Assembly: GCA_031414595.1 (NCBI GenBank)
Contig: JANNVX010000041.1
Coordinates: 32,001-96,000, forward strand
Direction of reading: 5' to 3'
DNA: 64,000 nt
Origin: Deinococcales bacterium
GTDB taxonomy: Bacteria; Deinococcota; Deinococci; Deinococcales; JAAFIG01
Shown: in pieces, positions 18,324 to 27,088 of the stretch
Layout: each line of letters opens with the position of its first letter
Position numbering within the stretch: the first letter of the stretch is position 1
The notes under the pieces: generated by a model
Seen by the model: only the letters and a program-made list of their open reading frames with translations
What the model was told of the DNA's origin: nothing
Database searches by the model: none
Made by a program: the position numbers and the translations under genes

Positions 18324-19994
18324 TTATTGAGATGGTCGTTTACTCGAGAAAAAAGTCGTCAGCAATAACTGGGCTTCTTTCTCGAGTAAACCTGTTCGGA
18401 TACTAAATTGATGATTCCAATTAGCTCGAGACGCATCTAAGACACTGCCCAGCGCTCCAGATTTTGGGTTTCGGGCTGCAAATACAATTCGTGCTATTCG
18501 AGCTTCAAGGGCTGCACCAAGGCACATCAGGCAAGGCTCGAGGGTCACAACCAAGGTGCAATCAGTCAGGTATGGGGTTTTTAGGGCTTGGGTCGCTAAA
18601 CGTAAGACCTCGAGTTCGGCGTGTTGGGTCATGTCACCCAATTCTCGAGACCGATTATGTGCCTCGGTAATCACCACACCATTGTGCAAAATCACCGCAC
18701 CGACTGGCACTTCGCCTTGAGTTGCCGCGATTTGGGCTTGGGCTAATGCTTGGCGCATTGCCTCGAGTTCAGGGTTTTTGACTGGCGGCAAACTCACATC
18801 GAGTAACGGCGGCTCGAGACCTACAAAAACAATTTTTTGCTCAACCGCAAGCACTGGAATTTGGTCTCGGGATTCTCGAGGAATTTTACGGTCAATCAGG
18901 ACTTGCGACAGTTTTTTAGTCCCACCAGACAAGGTTATAAAATCACCGTTTTCTCGAGTTCGCAAAACCGCCTCTGGAAAAGCCTTTTGCGCCAACATAA
19001 ACGCGGATTCATTGCCCAAACCTCGTAAGGGCGAACCCCCGTGTTCGCCCTGCTTTTGCCTATCGCGTTTGTCTGGGTCAGGACAGACACGGGGGTCTGT
19101 CCCTACGGTTGATGGGTGGACATTGATATTGCCGTTTTGCACAAGACCTGTGTAATTATTTGGTAATGAAATTCTGGTGGTTTGCGGTAACTCGAGGGCA
19201 AGTCTGAGGTTTTCAATATGCTGGTAATCCGTTGGAATACTTCGTTGCTCGAGAATTTTACGAATAGCTCGGCGTTGAATAATGGTTTCTTCGAGTCGTA
19301 AATCAGTCCATTCTGGTAAACTTGAGGCTTGTTCTAAATAAGCATCTTCGTCTCGAGCATTTTGGGCATACCTTGCGAGGCGTTGAACAGCATTCGGAAA
19401 ACGCTCAATCAGGCGTGGCAGTATCTCGAGTCTGACCCAGTTGCGAGTAAATTTGGGGTCTTGGTTGCTCGGGTCTTCACGCCAAGTCAAGCCATGCTCG
19501 AGCAGGTATTTCTCGAGAACAGTTTTTGGAATCCCTAAAAGCGGACGATAAACCCGTGCGTTGCGTGGTGGTATGCCAGTGGCTCTGGCTGTGCCGCGCA
19601 AAAGCTGCATCAGAACTGTTTCGGCATTGTCCTCGAGTGTATGCGCTGTTAAAATTGTTTGGCATGAATTTTTCTTCGCTGTTCGGCTTAAAAATTCATA
19701 ACGCACATTTCGGGCAGCTTCCTCGAGCGACCAACTACGTTTTTCGGCGATGCTCGAGACTAAAATCGTTTCCGTAAAAAATTGAATGCCAAGGTTGGCG
19801 CAAATTCGACCCACAAAATCAGCATCCAAGCTCGAGTTTTCACGCAGGGCATGGTCAAGGTGAGCCACCACAATCTCGAGCTTGGCAGCATGAGCCAAAT
19901 GCAGCAGCGCCATAGAATCCCGCCCGCCAGAAACCGCCAGTAAAAACGGGGCTTTGCACGGCTCGAGTTGCGTTTGAAGGTGTGAAACCAGCAT
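18324..19994 (-). CDS. tilS: tRNA(Ile)-lysidine synthetase TilS fused to a TadA-like deaminase
   Basis: AVSGGRDSMAL, TAHTLEDNAET, RNWVR; C-terminal GEVPVGAV, HAE, TLEPCLMC; TGATG-coupled to the upstream gene. Confidence 0.92.
   Translation of the reverse strand: MLVSHLQTQLEPCKAPFLLAVSGGRDSMALLHLAHAAKLEIVVAHLDHALRENSSLDADFVGRICANLGIQFFTETILVSSIAEKRSWSLEEAARNVRYEFLSRTAKKNSCQTILTAHTLEDNAETVLMQLLRGTARATGIPPRNARVYRPLLGIPKTVLEKYLLEHGLTWREDPSNQDPKFTRNWVRLEILPRLIERFPNAVQRLARYAQNARDEDAYLEQASSLPEWTDLRLEETIIQRRAIRKILEQRSIPTDYQHIENLRLALELPQTTRISLPNNYTGLVQNGNINVHPSTVGTDPRVCPDPDKRDRQKQGEHGGSPLRGLGNESAFMLAQKAFPEAVLRTRENGDFITLSGGTKKLSQVLIDRKIPRESRDQIPVLAVEQKIVFVGLEPPLLDVSLPPVKNPELEAMRQALAQAQIAATQGEVPVGAVILHNGVVITEAHNRSRELGDMTQHAELEVLRLATQALKTPYLTDCTLVVTLEPCLMCLGAALEARIARIVFAARNPKSGALGSVLDASRANWNHQFSIRTGLLEKEAQLLLTTFFSSKRPSQ
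19025..19106. repeat. Inverted REP doublet inside the tilS coding sequence
   Basis: GTAAGGGCGAACCCCCGTGTTCGCCC ... GGACAGACACGGGGGTCTGTCCCTAC. Confidence 0.8.
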
Positions 19995-20674
19995 CAGACC
20001 CCCAGAAACCAATAAGGCAAATCTAAATACTGAACCGTAGGGGTTTGCCATGGCAAACCCTGCCCCGAAATTTCGATTTTGGTGTAAAACGGTTCAGCCA
20101 TAATTCCTGTGTTCGGATGCCATTCACGCCCAATACTCACAGCAATGATTAACCCCTGTGCATCTCCAATGGGTGTGAATGAACTCGAGCCTTCGCGGTA
20201 CTTGGGTATGGAAAGAGTTTTTTTTGTCCAATCTGCAAATTCGCTTGCATCTGGTACTGCCATGCCAATTTCTGAGATGCTGAGAATACCTCTCGAGGTG
20301 AATGGTACAGTTTCGTCGTGGTTGAGTTCGTGTCGGGCGATTAACTCGAGGATATTGCCAGCAGGGTCATAAAAATAAATCGCATGGGCGTTCCAATTTA
20401 GAAAATCAGCAATGAAGTCTGACCCGTCTAGTACAATCTCAACTCGAGCCTCGAGCCAAGTTGCTGCCGCTTCTATTTGTTGCTCGGGGATATTAAAAGC
20501 AAAGTGGTACTTAGCGTTTGAAGCTGGTTTCTCGAGAAAGACCAATTCACTCGAGCCAATCTGAATCTGTAAAACACCATTCTCGAGCATCACAGGTAAC
20601 TCCAGAATTTCACCATAAAAAACCTTGAGTGGTGCTAAATCGGTTGTCTCGAGGGTCAAGCGGTGGATGTTCAC
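19994..20674 (-). CDS. VOC/glyoxalase family protein
   Basis: FYGEIL, YHFAFNIP, IYFYDPAGNILELIAR. Confidence 0.85.
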   Translation of the reverse strand: MNIHRLTLETTDLAPLKVFYGEILELPVMLENGVLQIQIGSSELVFLEKPASNAKYHFAFNIPEQQIEAAATWLEARVEIVLDGSDFIADFLNWNAHAIYFYDPAGNILELIARHELNHDETVPFTSRGILSISEIGMAVPDASEFADWTKKTLSIPKYREGSSSFTPIGDAQGLIIAVSIGREWHPNTGIMAEPFYTKIEISGQGLPWQTPTVQYLDLPYWFLGV

Positions 20675-20705
20675 CCACTCAGTTTAGCCTGTTAGAATAC
20701 AGGAC
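20675..20705. promoter_or_regulatory. Back-to-back leaderless promoters
   Basis: TAAACT 6 nt before GTG 20674 (-) and TAGAAT 7 nt before GTG 20706 (+) within a 31-bp gap. Confidence 0.6.
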
Positions 20706-22364
20706 GTGAAAAGCGATACGATTAAACAAGGTCCGCAACAAGCCCCCGCTCGAGCCATGCTTCGTGCCATTGGTATTACCGATGCCGAATTTAAGATTCC
20801 GTGGGTCGGGATTATTAACACCTGGACAGAAGGAATGCCCTGTAATTTCCATTTGCGCGACCTTGCCCAAGACTTAAAAGAAGGTTGTAAAGAAGCGGGG
20901 ATTCATCCATTTGAATTTGGTGCGCCCGCCATTTCCGACGGCATCAGCATGGGAACACCGGGGATGCGAGCCAGTCTGGTCTCGAGGGAACTGATTGCCG
21001 ATTGCGTCGAAATCGTGGCTCAAGGCTATATGTATGATGCGATGGTGGCGCTTGTTGCCTGTGATAAAACCAATCCGGGTGGTGCAATGGGCTTAATTCG
21101 AGCCAATGTTCCGGGTTTGGTGCTGTACGGCGGAAGCATTGCGCCAGGTCGTTTGGGCGATAAGAACCTGACCGTGGTCAGTGTTTTTGAAGCCGTTGGA
21201 CAACATGCGGCGGGTAAAATCACCGATGCCGAACTTGATGCCGTTGAACGGGTCGCCATTCCGGGGGCTGGAGCATGTGGTGGTCAGTACACCGCCAACA
21301 CCATGAGCATGGCGCTCGAGGTGCTAGGTTTATCGCCAGTCGGCTACAACAGCATTCCAGCCACTGCGCCTGAGAAAAAAGAAGCCACCCGTAAAGCTGG
21401 TTATGTGCTGATGGACGCAATCAAGCACAACCGAAAGCCGCGTGATTTTTTGACCCGCCAAAGTTTCTTAAATGCAATTGCGGCAGTAGCAGCCACGGGC
21501 GGCAGCACCAACGCGGTACTGCACTTAATGGCAATTGCCAGAGAAACAGACATTCACCTCGAGTTACAAGATTTTGATACGGTCTCGAGGGCAACGCCAG
21601 TCATTGCCAACATGCGCCCGTGGGGGGTGTATACCGCTTGGGAACTCTGGGAGGCTGGTGGAATTCCACTGATTATCAAAAACCTGATAGACGGCGGTAT
21701 GATTGACGGTCATCAAATGACAGTCACAGGTAAGACTTTGGCACAAGAAGTTGAAGGTGTGACTGAAACGGCTGGGCAACAAGTCGTGGTGACAAGGGAA
21801 CATGCTTTTAAGCCAACTGGTGGTTTGTTGGTGCTGCATGGCAACCTTGCTCCAGATGGTGCAGTGCTAAAACTGGCTGGCACAGAACGCCACGAACACA
21901 CAGGCATCGCTCGGGTTTTTGATAACGAACAAAGCGCCATGAAAGCCGTGCTGCATAAACAGATTAACCACGGGGATGTGGTCGTGATTCGCTACGTTGG
22001 ACCAAAAGGCGCACCCGGAATGCCCGAGATGCTTTCAGTCACCAGTGCGATTGTCGGCGAAGGCATTGGCGAGCATGTGGCAATGGTCACAGATGGGCGT
22101 TTTAGTGGCGGCACAAAGGGTTTAATGATTGGGCATGTATCCCCAGAAGCCCAAGTTGGCGGGGCGATTGCGCTGGTGCGTGAAGGCGATATTATCCATA
22201 TCAATTGCGACACGGGTTTACTCGAGTTACGGGTGGATGAAGCAGAATTGGCGGCTCGAGCCAAAACTTGGGTTGCACCTGAACTCGAGTTTAAGACTGG
22301 GCTTTTTGCAAGGTACGCCAAGCAAGTTTCAAGTGCCAAGTACGGTGCAATTCTCGAGGATTAA
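20706..22364 (+). CDS. ilvD: Dihydroxy-acid dehydratase
   Basis: PCNFHL, ISDGISMG, CDKTNPG, CGGQYTANTM, GGSTNA, TDGRFSGGT. Confidence 0.95.
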   Translation: MKSDTIKQGPQQAPARAMLRAIGITDAEFKIPWVGIINTWTEGMPCNFHLRDLAQDLKEGCKEAGIHPFEFGAPAISDGISMGTPGMRASLVSRELIADCVEIVAQGYMYDAMVALVACDKTNPGGAMGLIRANVPGLVLYGGSIAPGRLGDKNLTVVSVFEAVGQHAAGKITDAELDAVERVAIPGAGACGGQYTANTMSMALEVLGLSPVGYNSIPATAPEKKEATRKAGYVLMDAIKHNRKPRDFLTRQSFLNAIAAVAATGGSTNAVLHLMAIARETDIHLELQDFDTVSRATPVIANMRPWGVYTAWELWEAGGIPLIIKNLIDGGMIDGHQMTVTGKTLAQEVEGVTETAGQQVVVTREHAFKPTGGLLVLHGNLAPDGAVLKLAGTERHEHTGIARVFDNEQSAMKAVLHKQINHGDVVVIRYVGPKGAPGMPEMLSVTSAIVGEGIGEHVAMVTDGRFSGGTKGLMIGHVSPEAQVGGAIALVREGDIIHINCDTGLLELRVDEAELAARAKTWVAPELEFKTGLFARYAKQVSSAKYGAILED

Positions 22365-22405
22365 CAAAAACTTTAGGGACTCATAAATTCTGAGTATGAG
22401 TCCCT

Positions 22406-22669
22406 TTAGAACCGTAATTTGTCATAATCGCCGTGCGAACCAATCCACCACCAATGCACGGTATCATCCTCGAGTAAACCAACGGCTCTGTACCCTATTC
22501 CAACCCGAACCGAATACATGGGAACTCTTTGCCCAATGCACTTAAAATGCAAACTTGGATGGTTTGGATTTTGTCTAAATAATTGGTAACTGGCTCGAGC
22601 TTGCTTGCGGATTTCTTCGGGTAACTTACGGTACATTGTCCAAAAAGACTCGAGGGTATTTGAGTTCAC
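22406..22669 (-). CDS. ParE/RelE-like type II toxin
   Basis: FW..YRKLP..I...A..YQLF..NPNHPSLHFK, SVRVGIGYRA, WIGSHGDYDKL. Confidence 0.82.
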   Translation of the reverse strand: MNSNTLESFWTMYRKLPEEIRKQARASYQLFRQNPNHPSLHFKCIGQRVPMYSVRVGIGYRAVGLLEDDTVHWWWIGSHGDYDKLRF

Positions 22670-22881
22670 AGTTTCTCAAAATCCATTGGTTTACTTTGAC
22701 CCGCTGCTATCTCAGCTTGGATTTTTAATGTCATGGCTTCAAGATAATTTTGCGATTCTGGTGTGGAGGTTTTTAAGCTCCACTCGTGTTCTTCTTCGAG
22801 CCGGGCAATAAAATCCTTGAGCGCTGCCAAGTTTTGTGGTGGCACTGCCGCAATTGCATTTTTTAACTCACTCAAACTCAT
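22666..22881 (-). CDS. Putative antitoxin
   Basis: 71-aa acidic protein overlapping the toxin start (GTGA); TAAACT 7 nt before ATG 22881. Confidence 0.7.
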   Translation of the reverse strand: MSLSELKNAIAAVPPQNLAALKDFIARLEEEHEWSLKTSTPESQNYLEAMTLKIQAEIAAGQSKPMDFEKL

Positions 22882-22980
22882 GTGAAACAGTTTAGCACAA
22901 GAGGTTCGTACTCCTCGAGAATTTTGGCTTTGGGTATTTAAGAAATTCAGGACTCGTTTATTGCCGATGTGCAAACTGGT

Positions 22981-25533
22981 TCATTGCCGATGCTGCCTAA
23001 CCCGATTCAAATTTAGCCTATCCTGACTGAGTTGAATAATCGTGTCGGTCTCGAGTGAATGGGCTACACCCAGCACAGCTTTGGCATAAGCAAATCCAGC
23101 TAAGTGCAATCCAGCCAGGACTTGACTTAGAACTTGCTCGAGCGGTTGGTTCTCGAGTGGTGTGCTTGTTTCGATCAGAACCGCAAATTCGCTGCTGCTG
23201 ACGCGGTAGGTGCGTCCTAATTCGGCAAATTGTTGCTCGAGATGTTGGGCAAATTGTTGTAAAAGTTGTGTGCCAGTGCCTTTACCTGAGCGTTCGTTGG
23301 TGATGATAATACCGTCAAGTTCGATAGAAATAACGTGTAAGGCATGGTCTTGACGCTGAGCGCGGCTGAGTTCATTCTCAAAATCGGCATCAAAGGCTTT
23401 GCGGTTATTCAGACCTGTTAGGGTGTCGGTATAGGCTTGGCGCTCGAGTTGAATGGCACGGTATTCGGCTTGTAATCGGGCTTGCTCGAGGTCGTTAATC
23501 TGTTGGCGCATTTGTTGTTCGTGCGGTTGGGTCGGCTCATCGGTTTCTTCTTCTTGGTTGGCAAGGACATAGAAACTCAAGTCATCTTGTTCGTTGGGCA
23601 ATTCTAGGGCATCTGGGTCGCTCAAGGCTCGAATAGCGGCTTGAATCACACTCGGGTCAAATTGAGTTCCACTACCGCGTTCAAGTTCACGCAAGGCTTC
23701 ATCGGCTCGCCATGCACGTTTGTATGGGCGTACTTGAGTCAGGGCATCGTAGACATCGGCAACTGCCACAATCCGCCCCTCGAGTGGAATCACTTCTCCG
23801 GGCAGGTTATACGGGTAGCCTTGTCCATTCCATTGCTCATGGTGTGAAATGGCAATCCGTTCTGCCATTCGCAGTAATTTTGAACGTCCACCCGACAGAA
23901 TTCTCGAGCCAATAACGGTGTGCTGTTTCATTTGATTAAATTCTTCAAGGCTGAGTTTGGCTGGTTTTAAGAGAATTTCATCTGGAATTCCTATTTTCCC
24001 AACATCGTGCAAACGGGCGGCAAGACGCAGTAAGCGCACTTGTGCATCTTTTTGCCCCAATTGTTTGGCAATCAGTGCCGAATAGTGTCCGACCCGAAAG
24101 GTATGTTGTCCTGTGCGGTCATCGCGGTATTCGGCAGCCACAGCCAAGCGCGTCACCACTTCGATTTGCGATTTCTCGAGTTCAAGGGTGCGTTGTCTGA
24201 CTTTGGTTTCGGCTTCAGTTCGGGCTTGTTGGGCGGTAACGGTGCGAAGTCGGTAGACTTCAGCTTCGTTGCGGGCGCGTTCTAAGTCAAACCGAGCCGA
24301 GATGATACGGGTTTGTTTATCGCGTTCCTCATTAAAAGTTCGGCTTCGCAGGGCATAAAAATGCCGATGGTGCATCAAGGCGGTTTTTTCCTTACCTGTT
24401 GCTTCATAGACCGAGGATAAAACCTCATGGGCTTGAAATTGCCCACGTACACTGCCGACCGCTTCAGCCACGTTTAGGGCAATGTGCAAATACTCAAGGG
24501 CTTCTTGATTCGAGTTTAATTCAAAATGGTCTCGTCCTAAGTGCAGCAATGCTTCGAGTTCTTGTTCACGATCCCTAATACTTCGGGCAATTTCAAGCAC
24601 AATCATATGCTGACTAATCGCTTCTTGGAATTGGCTCAGTTGCCTAAAAACCTGTCCTAAACCATCAAGGGCTGCCATTTGCCCTTGTTGAAACCCCGAT
24701 TCTTTGGCGTACATCAGGGCTTCTGAAAAACGTTCTTGAGCGCGGGCAAAGTCAGCCGATTTACGATCCAATTGCCCAAGATTTAAGATATTGACACAAA
24801 GAATAACCGGGTCGCCTAAACTCCGCGCCGCTTCTAATGCTCTTAAGTAATACTCTTGGGCGTTTTGTAAGTCCTCTAAATGTTCAAATGCCAAACCGAT
24901 ATTGACCAAATTGGTAATCTCGAGTTTGCTATCATCTATTGTTTTTAGCAGCGAATGCGCGTCAAATAAGTAGCGCAATGCCATTTCATACTCGCCTAAT
25001 TTAATATAGGTTAAACCCGTGTTGGTCAGGGTTTTGGTCAATTGCTTATTGTCACCAAGGGTTCTTTGTAGTTCTAAGGTTTGTTGCAGTGCCGTTAAAC
25101 TTTCGGTGTAATGCCCCAGTTGTAACTCAACGCTGGCAATCCCCGAACGGGCTTCGATTTCCAGTTTGATTTGATTGTCCTGTTTGGCATAGGCTAAAAC
25201 TTCAAGAAAATGCTTCTTAGCTTCTTCAAAACGCCCAAGCTGGCGTTCAAGTTGCGCCACTTGCAATAAAGATTGAAACGCCAAGTCAAATTCTTCTAAC
25301 CGGCTATACTGACGTGCCGAACGGTACAAAAATCCTCGCGCTAAACGCAGTTCGCCTTGTTGACGTTCTAACAAACCTAGCTTTTCGAGCATTACGGCTC
25401 GAGCCACTGGCTTATTTTTTGTTTCTATAAACCATGAACGCAGTGCAATTCGAGCTTGACTGCGTTCCAGTGGCTTTAATTCTGCTTCAAGCCAGACTTG
25501 TACTTCAAGTAGTGCAGATGGAAAGGAAGTCAT
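22981..25533 (-). CDS. TPR-repeat + HD-GYP phosphodiesterase + degenerate GGDEF protein
   Basis: Long TPR array; LHDVGKIG, HHEQWNGQGYP, DVYDALT..RPYK; TDTLTGLNNR with YRVSSSEF in place of RxGGDEF. Confidence 0.9.
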   Translation of the reverse strand: MTSFPSALLEVQVWLEAELKPLERSQARIALRSWFIETKNKPVARAVMLEKLGLLERQQGELRLARGFLYRSARQYSRLEEFDLAFQSLLQVAQLERQLGRFEEAKKHFLEVLAYAKQDNQIKLEIEARSGIASVELQLGHYTESLTALQQTLELQRTLGDNKQLTKTLTNTGLTYIKLGEYEMALRYLFDAHSLLKTIDDSKLEITNLVNIGLAFEHLEDLQNAQEYYLRALEAARSLGDPVILCVNILNLGQLDRKSADFARAQERFSEALMYAKESGFQQGQMAALDGLGQVFRQLSQFQEAISQHMIVLEIARSIRDREQELEALLHLGRDHFELNSNQEALEYLHIALNVAEAVGSVRGQFQAHEVLSSVYEATGKEKTALMHHRHFYALRSRTFNEERDKQTRIISARFDLERARNEAEVYRLRTVTAQQARTEAETKVRQRTLELEKSQIEVVTRLAVAAEYRDDRTGQHTFRVGHYSALIAKQLGQKDAQVRLLRLAARLHDVGKIGIPDEILLKPAKLSLEEFNQMKQHTVIGSRILSGGRSKLLRMAERIAISHHEQWNGQGYPYNLPGEVIPLEGRIVAVADVYDALTQVRPYKRAWRADEALRELERGSGTQFDPSVIQAAIRALSDPDALELPNEQDDLSFYVLANQEEETDEPTQPHEQQMRQQINDLEQARLQAEYRAIQLERQAYTDTLTGLNNRKAFDADFENELSRAQRQDHALHVISIELDGIIITNERSGKGTGTQLLQQFAQHLEQQFAELGRTYRVSSSEFAVLIETSTPLENQPLEQVLSQVLAGLHLAGFAYAKAVLGVAHSLETDTIIQLSQDRLNLNRVRQHRQ

Positions 25534-25535
25534 GG

Positions 25536-26867
25536 TTATTTCAGAACAGTTTTGAGGTAATTATCTAGATTGAGTCGCCCTTTATAGCCAAGTGTTCCGA
25601 AATAACCTTGATTAGTTGGAGTGCTAAAAGCAAAACCACTATTTTCAGGTAATTGGTAAATACTTGAATCCGCCGTCATCCATGTTTGACGAGCAATCGC
25701 ATCAGAGGTAAATGCCAATCGGTCTGCGCCTTCGCCCAATGCCAAGGCAGCCGCACCACTGGCTACAGCCGTTGCCATCGAAGTTCCAGAAGCCGAAACG
25801 CTGCGGTTTCCCGGAAAAGCAGTGATGATTCCTTGACCTGGTGCGCTTAATTCAAGGTTTGCACCATAATTTGAGAAATTTGATTTAACACCGCCCACAT
25901 CAACACTACCGACACTGATTACACTGCTCGGACCAACCGCTAAAGTGGCTGGGAAGTTCAGGGCAGCATTAAAATTACCAGCCGATAAGAAGACCGCGAT
26001 TTTTTTATTGCCTGCGGCTTGAATCGCCCGTTTGACTGGCTCAGAAAAACCATTGACACTAAGGCTAATGTTAATCACATTTGCTCCGCTCGAGACTGCA
26101 TAATTGATCGCTTGAGCCAATTTATCAGCGTCGCCAGTCCCATCAGCCCCAATCACCCGAAGCGGCAAAATAGTTGCACCGGGGGCAATTTGTAAAGCAA
26201 TCGCAGCCACGGCTGTTCCATGTCCGTTAACAGTATCATCAGGGATGGTATCATCATCTACATAGTCACGCATTTGCGAAGCGGCAACCAAAGAGCGCTT
26301 AAAAGCAGGATGATTTAAGTCAATACCACTATCAATTATAGCGATTTTAATAGATTTACCAAGTTTTGGCGCTCGGGCTTGCCCTTGTTGCAATTTAATA
26401 CTTGTCCAGTTGTTGGTATTGACTGGAATTGGCGCAAATTGACCATCTGCCCAGAGTCCTAAACTACCGTCTGCCCAGAGTCCAAGGCTACCATCCGCCC
26501 AAAGCCCTAAACTACCGTCTGCCCAAAGTCCTAAACTACCATCATTGGTGGTGACTTGATCGACTGCCAAGACATCGGCATTTGGCTCGAGAACCTCTGA
26601 TGACTGCAATCTGGCTTGTGCTGTTTGCAACTGCGAAGTCTGAAAACCAAGCACCGCATACCCTTCTTGTTGGTCAAAAATAATCACCGAAGCCTTGTGT
26701 TTTTCTTCTAAACTGGCTTGGCTGTCTAAATCTTGCAAATCAACAGTTAAAGTGTAGGCATAGCTCGGCACAGGCGAAGTTTGGGTGGCTAGGTTAGTAC
26801 ACGCCGAAAATCCAATTCCGAGTGCCGCTAGTAAGGTCAGTGTTTTTGAGTTTAAGTTCATAGTCAT
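25536..26867 (-). CDS. S8 subtilase lipoprotein with 4x GSLGLWAD repeat
   Basis: Lipobox GFSAC; triad IIDSG, NGHGT, SGTSMA; start could be 26861. Confidence 0.9.
   Translation of the reverse strand: MTMNLNSKTLTLLAALGIGFSACTNLATQTSPVPSYAYTLTVDLQDLDSQASLEEKHKASVIIFDQQEGYAVLGFQTSQLQTAQARLQSSEVLEPNADVLAVDQVTTNDGSLGLWADGSLGLWADGSLGLWADGSLGLWADGQFAPIPVNTNNWTSIKLQQGQARAPKLGKSIKIAIIDSGIDLNHPAFKRSLVAASQMRDYVDDDTIPDDTVNGHGTAVAAIALQIAPGATILPLRVIGADGTGDADKLAQAINYAVSSGANVINISLSVNGFSEPVKRAIQAAGNKKIAVFLSAGNFNAALNFPATLAVGPSSVISVGSVDVGGVKSNFSNYGANLELSAPGQGIITAFPGNRSVSASGTSMATAVASGAAALALGEGADRLAFTSDAIARQTWMTADSSIYQLPENSGFAFSTPTNQGYFGTLGYKGRLNLDNYLKTVLK
26445..26540 (-). repeat. 4 x 24-bp coding repeat (GSLGLWAD)
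   Basis: Units 26445-68, 26469-92, 26493-516, 26517-40; all differences are synonymous. Confidence 0.95.
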
Positions 26868-27088
26868 TCCTTATGAGAGAGTTTAGAAAACTTCATCTTT
26901 CTTAAGTCTTACAAACAACCGATTAAACTCCTAAGCGCACAATATCACGTTTGAAGTCTTTTTTTTGTTCTCAGCACACGCTTAATAACAATTTGTACAG
27001 AATTTATTGAAGGTAGACTCAGTATAAAATTTTATAAATCCCTTCGATTTACACAAGCCAATGTCGGAAATGCACACCATTTTTTGGA

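Noticed and set aside
22406-22881. Toxin-antitoxin pair as a sign of a prophage or mobile island
   Set aside because: No integrase, transposase, att repeat or phage gene is nearby.
22981-26867. Subtilase plus TPR protein as an anti-phage defence system
   Set aside because: The protease has a lipoprotein export signal and the partner has no NTPase or nuclease domain; signalling fits better.
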